DNA of 64,000 bases from Thermoanaerobaculia bacterium (GTDB lineage: Bacteria > Acidobacteriota > Thermoanaerobaculia > Multivoradales > Multivoraceae), in assembly GCA_963664405.1 (NCBI GenBank), contig OY761158.1:96001-160000 (forward strand), read 5' to 3'. Positions 58,881 through 64,000 of the stretch are shown here, piece after piece (within the stretch, counting starts at the first letter, position 1; every line of letters starts with the position of its first letter). Position numbers and translations under genes: made by a program. Under the pieces are notes generated by a model. That model was not told the DNA's origin and searched no databases. It worked only from the letters and a program-made list of their open reading frames with translations.

Positions 58881-60680
58881 TCAGCTCCTCCCGAAGCGGC
58901 GCTCGAGATCTCTGTCGTCCATCTTCAACACGATCGGCCGGCCGTGCGGACAGGCGTAGGGCTGCTCGGCGACGAAGAGCTCCGCGACCAGCTCTTCCAT
59001 CTCTCGCGGACTCAGTGGATGGTGCATCTTCACCGCGGCTCGGCACGACATGCTTGCTGCCAGAGTCTCGAGAAGACTTCGCTTCAGAGCCCCTCCGTCC
59101 TCCTCGGCTTCCCTCTCCCCGGTGGCGAGCCGGCGCATCAAACGCTCGGCCTCTTCGATTCGCAGCTCGGCGGGGATCGAGGCGATACCAAGAGTCGAGC
59201 CCGCCATCTCGACCATCGAGAAGCCGCAATCCTCCAGAACCGGTACCCACTGATGCAGGCACAGGCTCTCCGCCGCCGAAAGACTGAGCACTAGAGGCTC
59301 GAGCAGGGTCTGACTCTGGGGCAGATCCGACGCCAGCCGAGATCGAATACGTTCGAAGAGAACCCTCTCGTGGGCGACGTGCTGGTCGATGAGGTAGAGC
59401 GCATCGCTACCCTCGAAGAGCATCAGTGTGCCCTTGTATTGTCCGAGCAGGCGGAGAGAACGCTCACTACTACCGCGACCCGAGAGCCGCACCGAAGACT
59501 GCGACGAAAGGGCATACGAGGGCTCCGCGAGCTTTGCGCCGGCGGCGCCAGAATCGAAAGACTCTCTTACCTCTTCGCTTCTCCCCCAGCTGTGCCGATC
59601 CTCAGAGCGCCCGAGCCCGGTCCAGGCCAACGCCGGAGGTGAAGTGCCGGCTTGGAGCTCTCGAAGAGGCGCCGGCTCTTCGCCACGAGCTCTGGCGAGC
59701 CCTGTAGCAAGCATCTCCGACAGACCTGACAGAAAGCGAGGATCTCGGAAGCGTACTTCGACCTTCTGGGGATGTACATTGACATCCACCTCCTCCGCCG
59801 GCAATTCCAGAAAGAGAAAGAGCGCTGGGAAGTCGTCGCTCTTCCACTGCTCCCGCACAGCTCGGTAGAAGGTAGCCAAGACAGCCCGATCGCGGATCAG
59901 ACGACGGTTCACAAAAACGAAAATGCGGCGCCCGCGGGCGGTGTCGCGATCTCCGAGTAGACCAAATGCAAGTCCTCCACCGGCCAGATCCGAAGATGGA
60001 ATCTCGACCAGGTGGCCGGTGAGATCGCGACCGAATATCTGCTGAATGCGCTCCCGCAGACCCTCGACCCCGAAGCTCGTGGCCTCGGTGCGCAGCAAAG
60101 CTCTTCCCTCATGCCGGAGCTCGAAACCGACCTCCGGCCGAGCCAAAGCGTAGCCCTGAACGACTTCGACGCAGCGCCTCAATTCAGTCGTCGTCCGCTT
60201 CAGGAACTTGCGACGCGCGGGAACGTTGAAAAAAAGTGAGCGTACGGCAATCGTCGTGCCGCGACTACGGCTCGCCGGCTCGACCCCGAGAATGCGCTCG
60301 CCGTCAATTCGCACTCGCCACGCCTCGCCATCACTCTCCGCAGTCACCAGGTCGACCTTCGACACTGCTGCGATCGAAGCGAGGGCCTCGCCGCGAAACC
60401 CGAGGGTTGCCACCGCCTGCAGATCCTCGAAGCTAACGATTTTCGAAGTCGCGTGCCGGTCGAAGGCGAGAAGCGCGTCCTCTCTATCCATCCCATGGCC
60501 ATCGTCGCTCACCTCTACGAGGCGCTTACCCCCGGTCTCCAGCTCGACTCGCAGATGCTGAGCAGTACTGTCGAGAGCGTTCTCGACCAGCTCCTTGAGC
60601 ACCGACGAAGGGCGCTCGACCACCTCTCCGGCCGCGATCTGACTCACGATGTGATCTTTGAGAAGACGAATGCTCGGCAT
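58881..60680 (-). CDS. mutL: DNA mismatch repair endonuclease MutL
   Basis: IAAGEVVERP, GFRGEAL, VDVNVHP, DQHVAHER, CPHGRP. Confidence 0.97.
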   Translation of the reverse strand: MPSIRLLKDHIVSQIAAGEVVERPSSVLKELVENALDSTAQHLRVELETGGKRLVEVSDDGHGMDREDALLAFDRHATSKIVSFEDLQAVATLGFRGEALASIAAVSKVDLVTAESDGEAWRVRIDGERILGVEPASRSRGTTIAVRSLFFNVPARRKFLKRTTTELRRCVEVVQGYALARPEVGFELRHEGRALLRTEATSFGVEGLRERIQQIFGRDLTGHLVEIPSSDLAGGGLAFGLLGDRDTARGRRIFVFVNRRLIRDRAVLATFYRAVREQWKSDDFPALFLFLELPAEEVDVNVHPQKVEVRFRDPRFLSGLSEMLATGLARARGEEPAPLRELQAGTSPPALAWTGLGRSEDRHSWGRSEEVRESFDSGAAGAKLAEPSYALSSQSSVRLSGRGSSERSLRLLGQYKGTLMLFEGSDALYLIDQHVAHERVLFERIRSRLASDLPQSQTLLEPLVLSLSAAESLCLHQWVPVLEDCGFSMVEMAGSTLGIASIPAELRIEEAERLMRRLATGEREAEEDGGALKRSLLETLAASMSCRAAVKMHHPLSPREMEELVAELFVAEQPYACPHGRPIVLKMDDRDLERRFGRS

Positions 60681-60702
60681 GATGGGCTCGAACCCGGATC
60701 CG

Positions 60703-61473
60703 TTAGACCCGAGCCAACTCCGCTCCTAGCTTCAAAGTCGCCCTCATCACCTCGTAGCTCCGAAGCTCCTGTTGCAGGAAGCCTCTGCGGACGCGGGCGC
60801 AGACTTCTTCGACCTCACGGAGGATCTTGGCAGGTGGCGGGTCGGCCGCGAGCGCGGGAGGTGCCTGGATGCGAGTGCGCAAAAGGAATGACAGGGCAGC
60901 GGGTGAGATCAGGTCTCGTGGCGACGGCCCGCACGACTCGCACACGATCTCGTCGGCAGCCTGCGGGAGTACCGCAGACACATCCGCGAAACTACAGCCG
61001 CAAGACGGACACGCGATCGGCGCTGGGAAGATTCCGCCGAGACGCAGGACCCAGATTTCGAAATAGCGCGTCACCAGGTCTCGGTCGGCCCCGGTCTCGA
61101 GCCAGGAGAGTGTCGAGCCAAGGAGGCGGAACAGACGCTCACTATCCTCGTTCTCCTGCGCGAACTGGACCATATGCTCCGCCAGATAGCTAGAAACGAG
61201 TATTCCCTCGAGATCGTCCATCAGACCGCGACACGGCCGCACCAGCTCCACCTCCTCGATTCGAACCAGATCTCTCCCCTCCTTCTCGAACCACCGAATA
61301 TGAACCATCGCGAGAGGCTGAAGCTGGCCCGCGAAGCGACTGTACTTGGTGCGCGCCCCCCGCGTGACGCCGCGTTTCAACCCCAACTCGGAGGTCAGGA
61401 CGGTAACGATGCGATCGCGATCGTGCAAATCCACGACATCGAGAACAAAAGCTTCTGCGCTGAGACGACGCAT
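60703..61473 (-). CDS. recO: DNA repair protein RecO
   Basis: DRIVTVLT, RGAR...SRFAGQLQP, CPSC...CESC zinc finger. Confidence 0.93.
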   Translation of the reverse strand: MRRLSAEAFVLDVVDLHDRDRIVTVLTSELGLKRGVTRGARTKYSRFAGQLQPLAMVHIRWFEKEGRDLVRIEEVELVRPCRGLMDDLEGILVSSYLAEHMVQFAQENEDSERLFRLLGSTLSWLETGADRDLVTRYFEIWVLRLGGIFPAPIACPSCGCSFADVSAVLPQAADEIVCESCGPSPRDLISPAALSFLLRTRIQAPPALAADPPPAKILREVEEVCARVRRGFLQQELRSYEVMRATLKLGAELARV

Positions 61474-61476
61474 CGC

Positions 61477-62877
61477 CTATCGAACTAGAAGGTCGATCAT
61501 GCTGAGGGCCAAGCCGAAGTAGATCAAGATACCGGTGAGGTCACTGGTGGTCGTGACCAGTGGGCTGGCCGCCACTGCCGGATCGATCCCCAGTCGATCG
61601 AAAAGAACAGGGGCAGCCGCACCGTTAAAAGAGGCCACCATGACCACTAGAAAGAGAGAGCCTCCCACCACGATGGCAAAGGGGAGGCTACTCTCGATAA
61701 GCAAGGCTCCCGCGGCCGCCAGGACGGCACAGACCAGGCCCATGAGGGCACCGACTCTCAACTGTTGAAACAGAAACTGAGCGAACCTTCCTTCTCCCCC
61801 GCGCAGCTGGCCGGTGGCGAGCCCACGCACCGCAACTGTCGAGGTCTGACCTCCGATGTTGCCACCGATGCCCATGATCACAGGCACGAAGGAAAGGAGG
61901 AAGAGCGCCTCTTTGAGGCTCACCTGAAAGTAACGAAGGAGATGGCCGCTCAGTAGCAGCCCCAAGCCATTGACCAGGATCCAGGGCAGCCGGATACGGG
62001 CCACCTTCCAGGACCGCTCTTGGTACTGGAGCTCGTCGTCCGAGGTCCCCGCCATCTTCATCAAGTCTTCAGTTGCTTCCTCTTGGAAAACGTCGATGAT
62101 GTCGTCGAAAGTGACGATCCCGACGAGTCTGTTGTCCGCGTCGGCCACCGGGATCGCAAGCAGGTCGTAGTGCGCGGCGAGCTCGGCCACTTGTTCCTGG
62201 TCGGTCGTGGTCGTGACTTTGATCGCAGAGCGGGTCATGAACTCTTCCAAGCGTCGAGTGGGCGCCGTGAGCAGAAGCTGCCGTAGGGAAGTAACCCCGA
62301 CCAAGCGCTCCTCTTCGTCGACGACATAGAGATAGAAGATCATCTCCACATCGCGGGCGCCCTGAATCGCAGCGATCGCTTCGCTGACCGTGGTCTTCTG
62401 GGGCAGCGAGAAGAAGTCCGGGGTCATGATCCGGCCCGCGCTATCGTCCTCGTATTCGAGGTGCGTCTGAACCTCGGCCCTCTGCTCTACGTCGACCCTC
62501 CGCAGGACCTCTCCGCGGGTCTCCTCAGGCAAGAGATCGACCAGCATCGCGGCATCATCGACCGCCATGTGCTCGAGGACGTCCGCGATCTGGCCCACTG
62601 ACATAGCTTCAAGTAGGCGACGTCGATTCGAACGCTCCATGGCTGTAAGCACATCGCCGGCACTCTCCGGATAGCCCGAAAGCACAACTTCGAAGACCGA
62701 CACCTGCTCCGCGTCAGTCAGCCCATCGAGGAGAATGGGAACGTCTTCGGGGCGAACCTTCCCCAGGAGGCGGAGAAGATGGGAGCTCGCGCCTCGCCTT
62801 ACCAGCTTGCGAACCCGGCTTCGGGCCAACTGGGCCCGACGGCTGTCGGCGAGCGCCGTTTCCATACCCCGCCTCAC
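61477..62877 (-). CDS. mgtE: Magnesium transporter MgtE
   Basis: SAGRIMT CBS pair, RLPW, GGNIGGQ, DPAVAASPLVTTTSD; start GTG 62877 (overlaps era stop) or ATG 62865. Confidence 0.95.
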   Translation of the reverse strand: MRRGMETALADSRRAQLARSRVRKLVRRGASSHLLRLLGKVRPEDVPILLDGLTDAEQVSVFEVVLSGYPESAGDVLTAMERSNRRRLLEAMSVGQIADVLEHMAVDDAAMLVDLLPEETRGEVLRRVDVEQRAEVQTHLEYEDDSAGRIMTPDFFSLPQKTTVSEAIAAIQGARDVEMIFYLYVVDEEERLVGVTSLRQLLLTAPTRRLEEFMTRSAIKVTTTTDQEQVAELAAHYDLLAIPVADADNRLVGIVTFDDIIDVFQEEATEDLMKMAGTSDDELQYQERSWKVARIRLPWILVNGLGLLLSGHLLRYFQVSLKEALFLLSFVPVIMGIGGNIGGQTSTVAVRGLATGQLRGGEGRFAQFLFQQLRVGALMGLVCAVLAAAGALLIESSLPFAIVVGGSLFLVVMVASFNGAAAPVLFDRLGIDPAVAASPLVTTTSDLTGILIYFGLALSMIDLLVR

Positions 62878-63827
62878 AAATCGCCCTCGCTCTTCTCGAT
62901 GTTGGCGCCGAGATCCACATTTCGCGCCTCCTTGTCGAGACGCTCGAGGATCCGTCCCTTTTCGCGCCAGTTGGCCTCGCAACGAACGTGGGCTCGTAGA
63001 AAGACCCGGCGTTCGAGATATTGCTCGAGGTCAAGTCGTGCGTCGGTGCTGATGGCCCTGATCATTCGTCCCTCCTTGCCGAGAACGATTCGTCGCTGGC
63101 TCTCCCGTTCGACCAGAATCGTCGCCAGAATGGAGACCAGCCCGCCGCGCTCCTCTTCCTCCCAAGAGTCGATGATTACCGCCGTAGAGTAAGGAAGCTC
63201 TTGACGGGTGTGGCTGAGCAACTTCTCCCGAATCCTCTCGGCCACCAAGAATCTCTCGGGGTGCAATGTAAGGAGATCCTCGTCATAGCGAGCCGCTCCT
63301 TCAGGCAGACGCTCCCAAAGAAGGTCGGCGAGGAGCGCGACGCCGTCTCCGCTTCGAGCGCTGAGAGGAACGATCTCGTCGAAGAGAGCGGTCTCGGCAT
63401 AGCGAGCAATGCGCGGAAGCAACGCCTCTTTGGCCATGATATCGACCTTGTTCAGCACAGCGACCTTCGGAGCCTGGGCCCGCTTGACGAGCTCGATCAT
63501 GTACTCGTCTCCGCCACCAAAAGGAGCAGCAGCGTCGGCGAGGAGGCAAACGACGTCCGCCTCATTCAGCGCGTCCGTCGCCGCCCTGACCATACGCCGG
63601 TTCAGCCGGTGCCGGCCCTTGTGCACGCCGGGGGTGTCGAGCAGAAGCATCTGGCCGCGCTTCTCGGACAGGATACCGACGATTCGGTTGCGGGTGGTCT
63701 GAGGCTTCTCGGAGACGATCGCGAGCTTCTCGCGCAGCAGACTGTTCAACAGAGTCGACTTCCCCGCATTCGGCCGCCCCACAAGGGCCACTTTCCCGAA
63801 GCGGCGCACTACTTCTCGCTCAGCCAT
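62874..63827 (-). CDS. era: GTPase Era
   Basis: [27 protein letters not shown] domain. Confidence 0.97.
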   Translation of the reverse strand: MAEREVVRRFGKVALVGRPNAGKSTLLNSLLREKLAIVSEKPQTTRNRIVGILSEKRGQMLLLDTPGVHKGRHRLNRRMVRAATDALNEADVVCLLADAAAPFGGGDEYMIELVKRAQAPKVAVLNKVDIMAKEALLPRIARYAETALFDEIVPLSARSGDGVALLADLLWERLPEGAARYDEDLLTLHPERFLVAERIREKLLSHTRQELPYSTAVIIDSWEEEERGGLVSILATILVERESQRRIVLGKEGRMIRAISTDARLDLEQYLERRVFLRAHVRCEANWREKGRILERLDKEARNVDLGANIEKSEGDL

Positions 63828-64000
63828 TGCTTCCTCAGCTCGCCTTCCAAGGTCTCCATCTCTCCCTCGTCTCGTTCGTGATCATAGCCAAGACAGTGCA
63901 AGACTCCGTGGAGCGCCAGTACCCTAAGCTCTCTCGCGAGCCCGTGGCCTGCCGCCTCGGCCTGGCAGCGAGCTACCGGAACGCAGATCACAATATCGCC
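63809..64000 (-). CDS. ybeY: rRNA maturation RNase YbeY (5' part outside the window)
   Basis: GDIVIC...[11 protein letters not shown] signature. Confidence 0.92.
   Translation of the reverse strand, partial: GDIVICVPVARCQAEAAGHGLARELRVLALHGVLHCLGYDHERDEGEMETLEGELRKQWLSEK

Overview
A GC-rich, gene-dense bacterial core-genome segment. Gene content and order suggest Acidobacteriota or a related diderm lineage (inference only). It carries about 57 protein-coding genes: uvrBC, PBP1A, a TPR-lolB-like-spoVG-tRNA-Gln-prs-rplY-pth-hppA-rpsF-rpsR-rplI cluster, HU/IHF, dtd, ssb, mutS, tsaB, pssA, ferritin, trxB/trxA, a TRAP transporter, murJ, class II DAHP synthase, fabH, ribF, rimO, asnS and a ybeY-era-mgtE-recO-mutL-rnc run. 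No transposase, integrase, phage gene or CRISPR array is visible. The most unusual signals are non-coding. (1) Four 166-179 bp CTAG-flanked fold-back elements (MITE/ERIC-like) fall into two subfamilies with different but self-complementary arms and one shared core; one rewrites the C-terminus of a site-2 protease and two sit on stop codons. (2) A polarised array of about 2.8 copies of a 167-bp hairpin-rich unit lies between asnS and an acyl-CoA dehydrogenase gene. (3) Two CCTAAR-N17-CTTAGG boxes sit in the divergent promoter region of the HU/IHF gene. (4) Two genes appear to start at CTG. All calls are by eye from motifs and context; no searches were run.
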